Source: Phoronis australis (taxonomy: Eukaryota > Animalia > Phoronida). From it: DNA of 64,000 nt. How positions within the stretch are numbered: position 1 is the stretch's first letter; every line of letters begins with the position of its first letter. Below, piece by piece: positions 26,926 through 39,745 of the stretch. Both the position numbers and the translations under genes were made by a program. The stretch is from NCBI GenBank assembly GCA_002633005.1, contig NMRA01000441.1:186001-250000 (forward strand). The letters are read 5' to 3'. The notes under the pieces are model-generated. The model did not search any database, had not been told where the DNA came from, and saw only the letters and a program-made list of their open reading frames with translations.

Positions 26926-27829
26926 CTGAAACAAAAGGTCCAGTGAGTTGCATCATGAATGAACTATGGCCATCAATTCAAACCAGACATGTGTCGAATG
27001 TTTGGGTCATTGGATTTTTGAATACCTGAACTTCCAACATATAAAATTTCATTTACTATAATTTTGTGCAGCCAACTCCTTCTAGGTGAGATTGTGCGAA
27101 AAGAAATCATTGCCACCCACCCCTTTTTAGCCAACCCGAGAATCAAAACGATTACCACGCACTGCTCCAGACGCGCCCACTTCTTACCAAACCATGTTTT
27201 TGGCAATATCATTAAGGGCTTCAAGGCTACAATTATTCACCTACTTGTGCTGTTATGCCTGATCTCCACTTTATTATAAATTGACATATCAGTCTCCCAT
27301 GTCAAGCGCTGTTTGATGTTTAGTATGGCTAATTTGGTGAATGTCTATTCCACCTTAAAATTCCAAAGGTTTCCTGCAGTTGGATGCCTGCAGTGTTAAG
27401 AAATTTATTTTTGGGTAAGAAAAACCCCAAGGATAGTTAGTCGGATCTAAGTGCTAAAGATTCTCCTTACTTTGACTAAATAAATTTTGCTGACTTCTCT
27501 AACATAGTCTATCCTAACATGCACTTAGACTTTAGTTTTGATGAGAAACTGACCAACATAACAAGTCAAGAGCAATTAACTCTGAAGACGGACTTGCATA
27601 AAACACCTGCGTGCTCATCATGACTTTTAACTTGCATTTAATACGAATTGACATCCATCCGTGTATTTTCAGTCACCACTTTTCACTCTACTGCCCACAT
27701 TCAGCTGCACTCGGATTAACACCCAATCCCAAAGTCTATGTTTCTCAAATATCTGTTTGCCAAACTAACAATTACGCATCTGAAGATAAACGCGAGTTAC
27801 AAGTCACTTTTCGTCTTTCTAGAGCTTAC

Positions 27830-27928
27830 TGGAGTAAATGAGAGCTGGGAAAATGGGCTCGTTTCTCTCCTGGGCAGTCTCCACAAGAACTTTAAGGGGA
27901 CCTTTGGGACACAACACGGCGACCAGAT
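27830..27928 (-). CDS. PSEN: Presenilin coding exon 6 (first catalytic Asp)
   Basis: 99 nt, (D)LVAVLCPKGPLKVLVETAQERNEPIFPALIYS, with canonical splice sites. The Asp codon is split G|AT. Confidence 0.96.
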
Positions 27929-29130
27929 CTGAAAATACAAACCAATGGCAGTGAGCTCTTATTCTGAAAACTTCAAAAAGACACAACATAGGGCTTGGAA
28001 TGACCAAAGACAAAAAGGGGAAACTTTTCCAGGTGATGTATTGCTCCACAAATAAATAGCCTTGCTTGATAGACAGATTTTTTGTGCTGTTTTTGCATGA
28101 ATAAAGTCAAAATGATAAGAGACAAAAATGAGGAAACTGGAAATCAAATAAAAGAGGAAATAGACACCAATAGAAGAAATCCTCTCACAAGAAGAAAATT
28201 CCAAGCCCTGACAACACCAATTTTTTGATGGTGAATTATGCAACAATATGCTCCACCTGTTGGAAACAAGGTTAACTTTCTGTATGATCTTATCAACAAC
28301 TTAGAGTATTAAGCCAAATATCCACAAATCAACAGATTGTAATGACAGTAAAATTATATATTTCTGAAAGTAGAAAGATCACAGAATTAATTGTGTCATG
28401 TGACCCTGTTTTTAGTAAAAATGTAGCAACAAAACAGGTACATTGATAGGAAAACAGTAGTATCAATAGTATGATTTTGCTTGATATAAATGTTCAAGAT
28501 GAAATCTCAAAAACGATGTTACAGTTTTATGTAGTATCCTTTCACTCTTTTCTTATCCAACTTTGGATTTTTTTAGTCTTAAAGAGAATATTTTCAAAAC
28601 AATTCCTACATAACAGCGCTTTGAAGAACAGTACCCAGTATCTGGAAGTTCCATATCAATTCAAGTAGCCATTTCTGACATGACGTTTCAAAGAGAGCCA
28701 AATTTTACTAGGGTCCTACATAACTTAATCAATGAATTCACACGTTTATCTAATAATAATTCCTATTCCTCAGCAGCTCTGCACTCAACCAACAGGTGGC
28801 GTGCTGACCAGACTTAAAAATGTTTGTGATCTCTATCTCCATGCTAGTTCAAGATTGACATATCTATAAACTGAGAATAAATAAAGATTTGAATCCTGTG
28901 ACGATGAAATCCAACTTCTGTGTAAAACGGCCATGGTGTGTTCCATAAAGCTTCAAAACTTACCCATTAGATAATTTAAATTGATGCATGATGACAAGCA
29001 CATAGTACTATAACATCAACATGACATGTGATCATGCCATGTGGTTGTTACTATCTAGCGTATAACTTTCACGCAACCCGGCCCTGAAGAATACCCACTG
29101 CGCTGCTTCTCTTGAACCACCCGTACTCAC

Positions 29131-29351
29131 CCCATATGGAGATGACACCCAGCACCACGTAGGCAGTCCACTCTGGCAAATACTTGATAAAGATGAGCGC
29201 CATTAACGCACTGACAAGAATAAGGTAAGCCTGCTGGAGCAGCAGGGGACCCTTCCAATGGATACACACCATGCCCACCACACCAAAGTTCCAGATCATG
29301 ATGGCCGTGGTGATATAGTCCAGCGGCAAGTTGTAAGCTTTCAGGATCTCG
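29131..29351 (-). CDS. PSEN: Presenilin coding exon 5 (TM4-TM6)
   Basis: 221 nt, [73 protein letters not shown]. Confidence 0.96.
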
Positions 29352-29911
29352 CTAGAAACCAACAAGTGCGTTCAACAAATACTGTAACCATTGACATTTT
29401 TATTATTATACTGGGCTGGGTTGGATAAAACCTCATAACATATTATTCATTTGATTGATGTAAGTCATTGTTCAATAATGGCAATATGACAACAGGCAAT
29501 GATATCCAGCAAATAAATTATGCAACAGGAACCCTGATGGTGTTCTTTTATTGCAAAAATTAATACAAATAGATATGTTGTTGAATTTGTTTATGTATTG
29601 CCTTTGTATTGCCTTTATATTGCCTTTGTATTGCCTCTGTAATATGTGTGTGTAATCGAACAGTCGAATGCTTTCCACCAAATGCTCTATCGCCACCTAG
29701 TGACAGTTTATTTCACTATATTACCGCAACATCAGCTCAGTAGGATGTACTCTAACAAAGCTATCACTTGCAAGGAACAGCCATGAAAATAACATTAATC
29801 ATTAGACCTTATATACCATAGCTAAACATTCCTTAGTACGAGGACAATTATTTGCTTCCATTAAAAACCGGACGATCGCCGCACAAATAAAAATTAAAAT
29901 TCATGTTCAAT

Positions 29912-29946
29912 TCAACGTTTCGTCTTTTCATTAGACATCATCAGGA
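29912..29946 (-). ncRNA. Second minimal hammerhead ribozyme-like motif (Penelope pLTR-type)
   Basis: Minus strand TC-CTGATGA-T-GTCT-aatgaaa-AGAC-GAAACGTT-GA. Core and stem II intact, palindromic AACGTT, stem I only about 2 bp. Confidence 0.6.
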
Positions 29947-30357
29947 TCATATTTACAACAATTTAGGACAACAAGTGCCAACATACAGCTCAGGTAACAT
30001 CCATAAATTGAAGTGAGAGATACAGGGAATATAGCCAGTAGCAGGTCATCACCATAGTTGCAGGGTCACTGAGCTCTGCATGTTATTCAGAGAATCAGTG
30101 GCATGCTTGTTTAGATGTGTAATTTATTTGCAGACAATAGCAGGATCCAGTCTTACGCATTAACGACTAGTGCCACTGAGGGTGGGCACTCAGTTGTATG
30201 AATCATTGACTGACATGGAAATGGCAGGGTATCCCTGTGCCCAGATATGATGCTGTACATTATATTTTTCGTAATTAACATCTTTAAAAATTGAAAAAAT
30301 TCCTGAGTCCACACTGAAACACTGAGTAGTCAAATAGACTGTCTAAAAGAAACTTAC

Positions 30358-30425
30358 CCAAAGTAGACATAAGAAAAGAAGAACATGAGGAGAACGGACG
30401 ATACAATCAGCCAACCATGGATGAC
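30358..30425 (-). CDS. PSEN: Presenilin coding exon 4 (TM3)
   Basis: 68 nt, ttgtag|VIHGWLIVSSVLLMFFFSYVYF(G)|gtaagt. Confidence 0.95.
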
Positions 30426-31650
30426 CTACAAGAACGTTACGCCAAAAACTGGTGTCAGAAGATAACAATGATAAGTAATTATACCCGGTAAGAATGATAC
30501 GGACATCAACAACAGTAGAAACAAAGCATTTTTTCTCATTCAATACTTGGGGATTATGTACACAATACAGTTCACGGATATTTTGTTGAATGGCCGGCAA
30601 CCAAGAAGATGGCAAGAGGCAGCCAGACATCCAGCAAAGTGAGCCATCCACCTGCAGTTCAAAGATGTCATCCAATTGTCTTCTAAATGTCAGGTATTGC
30701 TCATTCAACAAAACAGTCATGTACTGTGCCTTCTCACTATTTTAGCACAATTTGGGCAGAGGTCTCACATAATGGTGTTGTAGTGTTTTGTAAAATTGAT
30801 GTTGAGAGCTACATTCACTTGGCAGGTCAAAAAATGCCAACTTCAAAGCAAGATGAAATAAATTACTGAACTGGTTTATTAAGCCCAAAAACAACACAAG
30901 TCAGCACCACTCCAACCACAGTACAAACTGAGGAAACTTCAAAAGTCAACTTGCCTGTTTTCCCAACTCGATTTTTTGTGATATGCCAGAAAATGAAATC
31001 AAAACAATAGACTCTAGCAATTCTTTTAACGGAATGGAAATTTACCATGAACTCGGATGTTCGAAATGCGGGTCAACAGAGGAGATGACAAAATCAAAGA
31101 GGTTTCAAGTATTCAGAAAGTAATTTGCGAAATTTACATAAAATAATAAACTGAATTCATTGTTTTATTCCCGAGTGAGAAAAAACAGTTAAAGTTTCGT
31201 GATTGATTGCATTTCAGATGGTGAATAATTTGTGAAGCAGAGAGGGTGGTCAAGTCAACGTAGTGTAGTGATGTCTTGAAAACTGCGACCATCAGTTGGT
31301 CAGGAGCAGGATTAAATCAAAACATTGAACACTCGTCATTGTGTGAAACGGGACTACTTGAACAGCCCCCAGTATAACTTTATTTAGAACTTGACACTGA
31401 ATGAGTTTATTAAAAACGTTTAGCAGGCATCCTCATTGATAAGCAGCAACAGGAAGATAAAATTATTAGAAGACAAACTCGCTTAGAGAAAAAACCGTGC
31501 TCAAAAAAGGCAGCAACTTTGTCTATTCAGTGTTTATCATTTTATATCATCTGCCGGGTACCAAAAATATTACAAAACCCAAAACTGCCATTCACAGCTA
31601 ATGGTAAATCGCTGTAGTCCGTTTATGGCAAATTGGTGTAGTCAGCATAC

Positions 31651-31792
31651 CTTGTAACACCTGAACTTGTAGAGAACGATGAGGAATATAGTCATGACGA
31701 TGACGACGCCGAGGACAATCATGGCGTTGGCTACTGACTGCCAGACAGTGGTGCCAACATCAGCGTCCTCATCATGGAACGGTGTGTAGATG
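31651..31792 (-). CDS. PSEN: Presenilin coding exon 3 (loop 1, TM2)
   Basis: 142 nt, IYTPFHDEDADVGTTVWQSVANAMIVLGVVIVMTIFLIVLYKFRCYK|gtatgc. Confidence 0.96.
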
Positions 31793-32149
31793 CTGAAATG
31801 TGATGAAGAAATAACTTGTTACAACAAGAACTCGTTTAATCTTCCTCCATGGGAGCTAAAAATTTCCTTAAAGAAATCTTGGGCTACAAAAATAGTCCCA
31901 GAAATACTTTAATTAGCATGACTTTACTCCAAGATAAGCTCATAAATTGAAGTATCCTTCCGTAGGGTTCTGAAAAGAATATCATTTTAGGGTTCTCAGA
32001 GTTCCGTAAATGAATGTAAATCAATAAACTTAAGACTAACCTCTCATTAAATTTAGAAAACTATGACATTGGCATGCTCTGGTTGCTGCCCAAAACATAT
32101 TATTAACATTTATTTGATTTAAGGTAGACTTTAAAACCCTTCAACTTAC

Positions 32150-32397
32150 AGATAACCATCCTTTTTAGTGTAGAATTGTATAGACTTGATGGTGGCAACA
32201 ACAATCGCGAGACACAACGTTACCGGCACAAACAGCATGATCACGTGTTTGGCGCCATATTTCAATTCCTCTTCCTGTTTTTCCTCTTTCGTGCGATGTC
32301 GCCGCCGCCTGTGGCGCGGCCTGTTCTCCGAGTCTGCACTGTTATTCGCACTGGCATCAGTATGAGCACCCTCTTCTTCATGGTTCTGGTTACAATT
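32150..32397 (-). CDS. PSEN: Presenilin coding exon 2 (N-terminus, TM1)
   Basis: 248 nt, ...[41 protein letters not shown](L)|gtaagt. Acceptor ttttag. Confidence 0.94.
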
Positions 32398-32503
32398 CTA
32401 AAACGGAATTGTTTGCAAAAATTACAGAGGACTCGTGGTCCGGAAAGTTTATGGAATCGAACCATTCAAGGCTTAGTATACGAACCTCAAGAAACCAGAA
32501 GCA

Positions 32504-32849
32504 AGGATTCACTTTTAAAACACAATATAGCCAATCATGATCTCAATACAATATAGCCAATCATGATCTCCATACAAATGCCTTAAGAGTGTAATCTAAT
32601 ACTGAAGAAATGGGCACAAAACATTGGGAACAGCATGTTATTAGAAAATCAGTTTAGGAGAAAATCTCCTAAAGAGGATTCACTTTTAAAACACAATATA
32701 GCCAATCATGATCTCAATACAATATAGCCAATCATGATCTCCATACAAATGCCTTAAGAGTGTAATCTAATACTGAAGAAATGGGCACAAAACATTGGGA
32801 ACAGCATGTTACTAGAAAATCAGTTTAGGAGAAAATCTCCTAAAGAGGA
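32504..32849. repeat. Tandem duplication, period about 172 bp, each unit with an internal 23-bp repeat
   Basis: aggattcacttttaaaacacaatatagccaatcatgatctc... begins at 32504 and again at 32676, almost identical. Confidence 0.88.
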
Positions 32850-33152
32850 CAAAGTCCTGTATATAGGTGTGGATATGACATCATGGCCACAGTATTCAGT
32901 GTACACGTATACTTCCTCCATGGACAATGTTGTTGTTAGCCAAGCATATTATACGTAAATATTTCCCAGGTGTATAAAAGCAAACCAACAGATATACCTT
33001 ACAATCTAACAAGAAGAGATCCGTCATGCTTTAGGTGAAATGCTTTAAATATCTGAATCCCTTCGTTACCCATGGTATACCAACTGTTAACTGACATTTG
33101 AAACCAAACATGTTTGTGAATCTTAGTTTTCATAAAGGTATGCAGCCAAGAG

Positions 33153-34243
33153 AAACAAGAGCAACGCAGAGAGTTGAAATGCGCCCACAATTGAACCGCA
33201 TACGGTATCCTTCTAGGGTTGTTTATTGGTACTATAAAGTGGCCAGTAGAGGGCATATATGTAGTATGTTGTACTTTGCAAAATGGAAAGGCATGGTCAT
33301 TGTCTCCTCAATAGGCTAGGGGCAAAATGTGAGTGATCTTCATAATACAAGCACATCCTATACATCAGTTGCTTAAAGCACCACAGAAACATAGAATTAC
33401 AAACAAATTTACCAACATACGAGATTAGCACAGCATTAGAATGCCAGAAACAAATTTCTACTTGGAACTTTTCCTTCATAGTCACGAAGTAACACAAAGT
33501 ATACACCTGAAGACCTATGAAAATACAGAGGTCAATGTAAAATACTAAAATTGCCACTAGAGGCATACCGGTAGTCAGAATCATCCTAAAGTCGTCATCG
33601 TCCGTTGTCAACATCACATAAATACACTTGCTAAATTTAGTAAAGATCCTGCAAACGGTTTGGGAGATACAGCCATGGGCGCAAAAAAAAAAAACTGCCA
33701 CTAGGAGGCGCCACAGTAGTCCAAATCGTCTGAAAATCATTGTCAGCTGTCTTCCTTATAGTAAGCACATACACGCCAATTTTCACAATCATCCTTTGAG
33801 CGGTTTGGTTGATAGAGGGGTGGACGCAAAAATACAGACTCGAAAACAGTAAAAATGGCCACTAGGTGGCGCAAACTACGTCGAATCCATCTGAAAACAG
33901 TAGGATAGCGTCATCTCACTAATAGGTGCCTACATACCAAATTTCATGAAAATCCGTTCAGGACTTTTGAAGATACAAAGGTAAGCGTAAAAAACTAAAA
34001 TTGCCACTAGAGGGCACACCGGTAGTCGGATCCGTCCGAAAGTTCGCACATGCTGTCCCATTCATGAATGGAACATATGTGCCAAATTTCATGAACATAT
34101 GTCAAAGGGTTTTGGAGATAGAGCAGCGGACGCCGGACGGACGCCGCCCGTACGGACGGACGGATGGACGGACGGATGGACGGACGGATGGACGGAGATG
34201 ACGGCATAATGCGTCCACAAATAAATATGTGGGCGCATAAAAA
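33153..34243 (+). mobile_element. Helentron-associated non-autonomous element (HINE / DINE-1-like)
   Basis: Starts AAACAAGAG. Subterminal IR ATGCGCCCACA (33179-33189) pairs with TGTGGGCGCAT (34228-34238). Terminal hairpin at 34209-34238 then AAAAA. (GGAC/GGAT)n microsatellite at about 34153-34196. Internal ~150-bp tandem subunits. Confidence 0.8.
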
Positions 34244-34319
34244 TTAGTGAGACTCATACAGACTACTGCTGTTACCCATCAGGGTAGCACCACAAAGTCC
34301 ACTTTCCGATCAGAAGTTA

Positions 34320-34365
34320 GCAAAATATGGTTATTTGGCTATATAGCCATATAACCATATTTTGC
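34320..34365. repeat. 46-bp near-perfect palindrome
   Basis: gcaaaatatggttatttggctatatagccatataaccatattttgc. Confidence 0.85.
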
Positions 34366-37300
34366 ACAAGGAAATGTGAGGCAACATTATATTTAACATA
34401 ATTTTATTTATCACATTTGTTTTTAGCCAAAATACGAGACAAAAGGCAAAAGTTCACAATAGTCCAATCACGTGACACAGGTGGAGAGAAACAGACTGTA
34501 CAGGTACAGGTCAAAGTGCATTGTGAGGGAAAAGACCAAAATCAATAAACCGAAACGTCAATCAATATGACATAATTTACTTATGCCTTGATTTTAAAGT
34601 TCGTACTCATAAGTCTATTGAATTCTTGGGTGGATCAGGCAGGATTGCACACAAAAGTTACGAAACAAGTCTCGAAATTATTCTATTACGAACATTGTAC
34701 CACTATACACACCACACAGCTAAGTAATTATCGTTAAAGAAACTAGAGAGGAAAGATATCAATATCGCACGTAAGACAACAAGGATACTGTTGTTAGTTA
34801 ATTGCGTCAGCTCTCCCTTTTGGTTGTTTGGGGAAATTTAACATCTAGGGGACATCACAAGCCAAGGCGGTTAGCGGTGTAGAAAGAAGTATAATGAAAT
34901 ATTGCCATAAATGATTTTGAAGGTTTCAAAGGTGCAAATATGAAGAAAAGGGTGAAGCGCGCAAGTCTAAAGATGAATTTCACCCTGTTTAGCTTGCTGA
35001 AAAATGAAAATTGAATTAGTCCATTTTCTCTCACAAAATCGGTCTAATAATTATTCCTTACCATGCTACAATTCTGTTTCACATTACATGCACCATTTTT
35101 GAATTTGCAATTTTACAGTTGGCCAACACCAATAAAATCAGCGTTTTATCACTGGTGGTTTTGGTGTTCTGGAAGGTAACAAATAAAATAATGCCATAAT
35201 AAGGGATATTATGAGACCAAATTCATGACAGTAAAAGGCCCTAATTCGATTTTCGTTTTTAACAAGCTAAACAGGATGAAATGCGGTGTTAACCACAACA
35301 AGGAAAAACGTTCATGACAACTTGGTAGATTGTAAGGAATCATATAATTCACGTTTACACTCCCACTAACTTTGTATCTTAGAATTACATCCAGCGCCAT
35401 CTATTGTTAGAAAAGCTTGGTTTTAACAAGCTTCTCTATATGTGGCAAGCTGACATTTCTAATAATGTACATGATTTTACCGCCGGCCAAGTGCAATGCG
35501 TCGATTACTTTCCCGCAGCATACTTGCAAAGAATCCAAGTTTAATGCAAAACCAATTCTGCAAATTCAAATTACACAGGGCGATTCTCCCAAAACAGGAC
35601 ACAAACTTTGACTAATATTTGTTTCTACTTGAGCAAGGGACCCAAAACTTTGTATAATCCTGTACAGCTCTATTCCAAACAAATGTGCAACAAAAAGATT
35701 TTTCAACGCCGCTTGTAAGCATCCTTTCAGCAGTTTGTCAATTTCGAGCTTTATCGATATATTCCATATAGCAGCGCATGTTTATAATTTAGAAGGGCGC
35801 ATGGAGTTGTGCTTGGATGCTAAAGGGGGACAATTCCAGCACGTACTGTTAAAGTGTTCAAGTTAAGACAGTATCTTGTCAGCTCAACTATGCCATCATA
35901 ACAGACACTATTTCATGCCTTCGTGTGCTTCGTTGGACTAAATGCAATGAGTGTCTGGTAAAGCACTGGGACATAGCTGAAAACTTTTGCAGATAGTCAA
36001 TAATTGACAATCTACAAAATTTGAAGTTCCTGCATCATTTAAAAAGATAATTAGCAAAAGTTTGGGACCTATTTCGGAAGAATCGCCGGGCAGTTAAATT
36101 CTCTTGTTAAAAGTGCACACCACCGGAAATGATATGATAAAAAACATGGCCGAAGGGGACATTTTCAGAAACCACAAAACCAAGCAAAATAGATGACAGC
36201 CAGATGTACTATGCCAACTTACAAGTATTGGATCCCGCTCACCCTGTAACAAATCAAGTTTAGGAGAATGTGACAGAAATAGAAGACAGTGCCCACATGC
36301 ATAAACAAGGGAACACTAAATCTCAAGCCAAGGGAAACGCGGTACCTGGTATTTAACATAAAAATACTTTCTAATTTCCCTAAACCATTTGAGCCATGTT
36401 TCAGGGATATAGTATAGACCACAGGTTTGCAAGAACGAAGAGAAATCCTGAAGTCTGAGGTCCGTCAGGGAATTACTGTTTCTGACGTATTTGACATATT
36501 TTTATAGCAGACACTAACGATTGATATTTTTATTTTCAAACCAGGAGACTTTGATTGACCCAGAGTGTTTTACACTCCTCTTCTAAAAAACTAACCAAAC
36601 AATCAGTGATGACAAAAATTGGGTCTAAGCTGATAGACGTTTGCTATGCAACAGAAATTCTCAGTTTTCACTTGAGAAACAAACCTTGTAAAAACTGCTT
36701 TATAACTGGTGAAAGAATCTACTTATCGAAAAAGGAAGATTAGATTAAAAGATATCTAGAAAAAACAATAACTAGAAAATAACGGTGTCTGCAACAGAGG
36801 GCATGACGTGTCAGCCAAAACATTCAGCCCAAAATAAAGAATACCTGCCCTCAACTCAAGTTCCATAATAGCACTAACTGATATGCATTTGGTCAGATCA
36901 TAGAGACAGCGCAACAGCTGGTGCTTATCGACCATTTTAGTCATGATTCATTACAACAGAGGGAGTGACCAGCAAATCCCAGTCACTTTGTAAACAATAA
37001 ACAATGTACAAAGCAGCAGCTCCCAATAGCCATCATCTCAAGTTCTATGTGTCAATTTAAAGACGTTAGCAAATCGTTCAAACAGCTTATTAGCTGAACT
37101 TGTTGATCATTTAGACTGCAGAGTTGTTGCCAAGGTCAACAAGGACTTCAGACTCTATGCATTGAACAAAGGCACTCATTGGAATTAGACCTGGGGTGTG
37201 TGCCATTGCGCCAGTCTTAGTGAGTCTGGCGAGATCACACAACACCACAAAATTTAAGCGGGTGAATGGGGAGTATTTTAAGGCAAGGCTTGGTACCTTA

Positions 37301-38087
37301 CTAGCATAGACTAGCAAAATAGCTGCCACTGAAGTGGTTAGCCAGTTAAACTGGAATGCTCAATTATGGGAGAAATTGTTACCGTTTCGTTTCCATAAGG
37401 GAAGTTTTCTCGCCACGTCTTGCATTACGTGATGTGACCTGGCTCAACTACTTCTGTGAGGAATTGACCAGGTATGTTTTAACAACCCAACACATTACAT
37501 TTTTAGATATACTACTTAAAAGCAATTGACGAAACAAGCTTAGACTGGCATGAAATAAACTAATATTAAAGCACATAATTCAGAAAGATGTTAAGTAATG
37601 GTTTATAAGAAGATACTTAACAGATACAACACCTTACCTAAACCATTGATTGCACTTGATCAACATTGCTAGTTTCGCTGAGCCAAAGTAATGCGACACT
37701 TGGTCTGTTGTTATCGAAAACCAATCAGATGTTTTAGCCAGTTAACTCGGCGAAACTAGCAAAGTCAATCAAGTGCCACCATTGTTTACAGTAATGACTA
37801 CGATGAACCACACCACAGAACTGCAAGAAGAGTGATAGGACCAAAAGAGGTTAAAAACTACGAGAAACACACAAGAACACAACACAAGGATATAATGAGC
37901 TGCACATTCACGGTCACCATAGCACACTGGAAGCCTCCACAAACCAAGTGTACAATTCTGATGCCCTGACCTACATCCCATACTCTCTAGAGTTTACATG
38001 GTGGATCCACAGACTTCTCCTTCCAGTTTGTCAAACACGGAGCAGAGCCATGTTCAGCCGTGAGTCGTGTCTAGAAGTTTTGACTAA

Positions 38088-38410
38088 TGCTTCACATGTC
38101 ATGAGCCAAGTGCTTCACATGTCATGAACCAAGTGCTTCACATGTCATGAGCCAAGTGCTTCACATGTCATGAGCCAAGTGCTTCACATATCATGAGCCA
38201 AGTTTAGAAATCTTATCCATGTTTGAAATGCCCAGCCATGTTAAGAAAACTTGAGCCATGTTTAGAGTGCCGTGAGCCATGTCTAGAAATATTGAGTTAT
38301 CATTGGAATGCCCAGAGCCAACTTTAAAACTGTCCTGAGCCATATCTGAAATGCCCGGAGCCATATTAAGAAATCTTGCCCAAGTTTGAAATGCCTTAAG
38401 CAGCCATATT
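38088..38410. repeat. 23-bp minisatellite decaying into degenerate gagccatgtttagaaat-like repeats
   Basis: About 5 copies of gagccaagtgcttcacatgtcat followed by degenerate copies. Confidence 0.85.
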
Positions 38411-38841
38411 TTGAAAAGCCAGCACTTTTTGTAGTTTTCATTTTATAGAAAGACTGCATAATTATGATACTTAATATGTCCTTCCTTTAGTGAAAAAAAA
38501 TTATAGTAAAATTTTCCCATTAGTAATTGAACGGTATGTAACTACAGTTGTATCTGTGTATTTGCACAAGGATGAATAAAGTACAAAATCAAAATGCGCA
38601 GCAATTGGAGAAAGTGAAGTGCTTGACTTTTTAACCACGGAGAAACCAGAGATATACAAATGACATATCAGCGAGAAGAATGACCGTAATGTTCAGCTCA
38701 GGAAACAAGAACTACAGACGGTTAATTTGGAGTAAACACAACACGAATTTTCTTTTTTCCAACTACTCCTAAACCTTAAAGAAACTCTTTCCAGCTCAGT
38801 TTCACTCCATCAACACTTCGTCAATTTTTCAATCGCTAGGT

Positions 38842-39200
38842 TTAAAGTGGCACTACACCTATGCTTTCACTCAAAAGAAGTTTTGATTTAGACCACCTAC
38901 CATAACAACATACGCGGGTCTTATCTTGTTCCTTATTGACGTTGGAAGTAATCTCTGCTCTTGGAAAGAACGGATAGTTCCTTTTTTTTCTGACCAAGTT
39001 TGTAGAAGTTCAGGTTATGATGAACCGAGATTTGATGAGCTTGGTCAAAAGGAATAAAAAATTGTCCGTTCTTCCGAACCTCGGAAATCATTCCTCACCT
39101 TAGTAAGGAACAATCTGACGTCGCTTCTATAATGATAAGCAAGCTAAATCAAAACTTGGTTTTTGACAACAAGCACACTGCGGGTTTAATGCTGCTTTGA
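38842..39200. mobile_element. Foldback MITE (long imperfect palindrome, TTAA-type end)
   Basis: Paired arms: aaagtggcacta/taatgctgcttt, ttttgatttag/ctaaatcaaaa, ttgttcctta/taaggaacaa, aagaacgga/tccgttctt, tgaccaag/cttggtca. Confidence 0.7.
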
Positions 39201-39571
39201 TTTTTAAATTTCTAATGCTGCAGAAATTAAATTGCAGAAATTTTATTGTGCAAAGTGCAAACTCAAACAAGGCAGCAACTTATGGAATATTTCAATTGTG
39301 TTAATATATTTCTGAGCTCATGAAACTCAGGCTCCATTTTAATTAGCGAAAAGAGACTGAGAGAGTATCTTTAAAACACCACTGATCGTTAAACGAACAG
39401 TAATATCTTGGGCGTTCAAGGATACTTTGCCGTCTTGACATGTGCCACCAAAGACATTGCAATAAAAGGCAGTGCATGTGGAAAAGTCCATTGAAAGGTC
39501 CAAATTAATATTACTGCTAGTGTCTTGACCATGACTACACAAAGCACCTTGTGTTTTTCTCAATAGTTTAC

Positions 39572-39745
39572 CTCCTTTGGGACCTGCAAATTTACATCAG
39601 TGAAGTCTACCTCTCCGTTTGTACCGTAGTCGGTAGCATAATCAGTTTGGAAATTAGTAAGTTGTCTCCTGACTCCGTCATCATGAGTTTCTGTGACATC
39701 CATTAGAGGACTTGTTTCTGAGGTAGTGTCCTCTGAATCACTCAT
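39572..39745 (-). CDS. PSEN: Presenilin coding exon 1 (start codon; acidic N-terminus)
   Basis: MSDSEDTTSETSPLM...VPKE|gtaaac. The phase-0 donor is compatible with exon 2. An upstream acceptor ctttccag at 39787 implies a non-coding first exon. Spliced CDS is 1497 nt (498 aa). The N-terminus is not conserved, so this exon is less certain. Confidence 0.75.

Noticed and set aside
33297-33740. 147-aa hydrophobic ORF
   Set aside because: Lies within the HINE tandem subrepeats; spurious.
38088-38200. CRISPR-like array (also 59913-60075)
   Set aside because: Head-to-tail minisatellites with no unique spacers, eukaryotic context, no cas genes.
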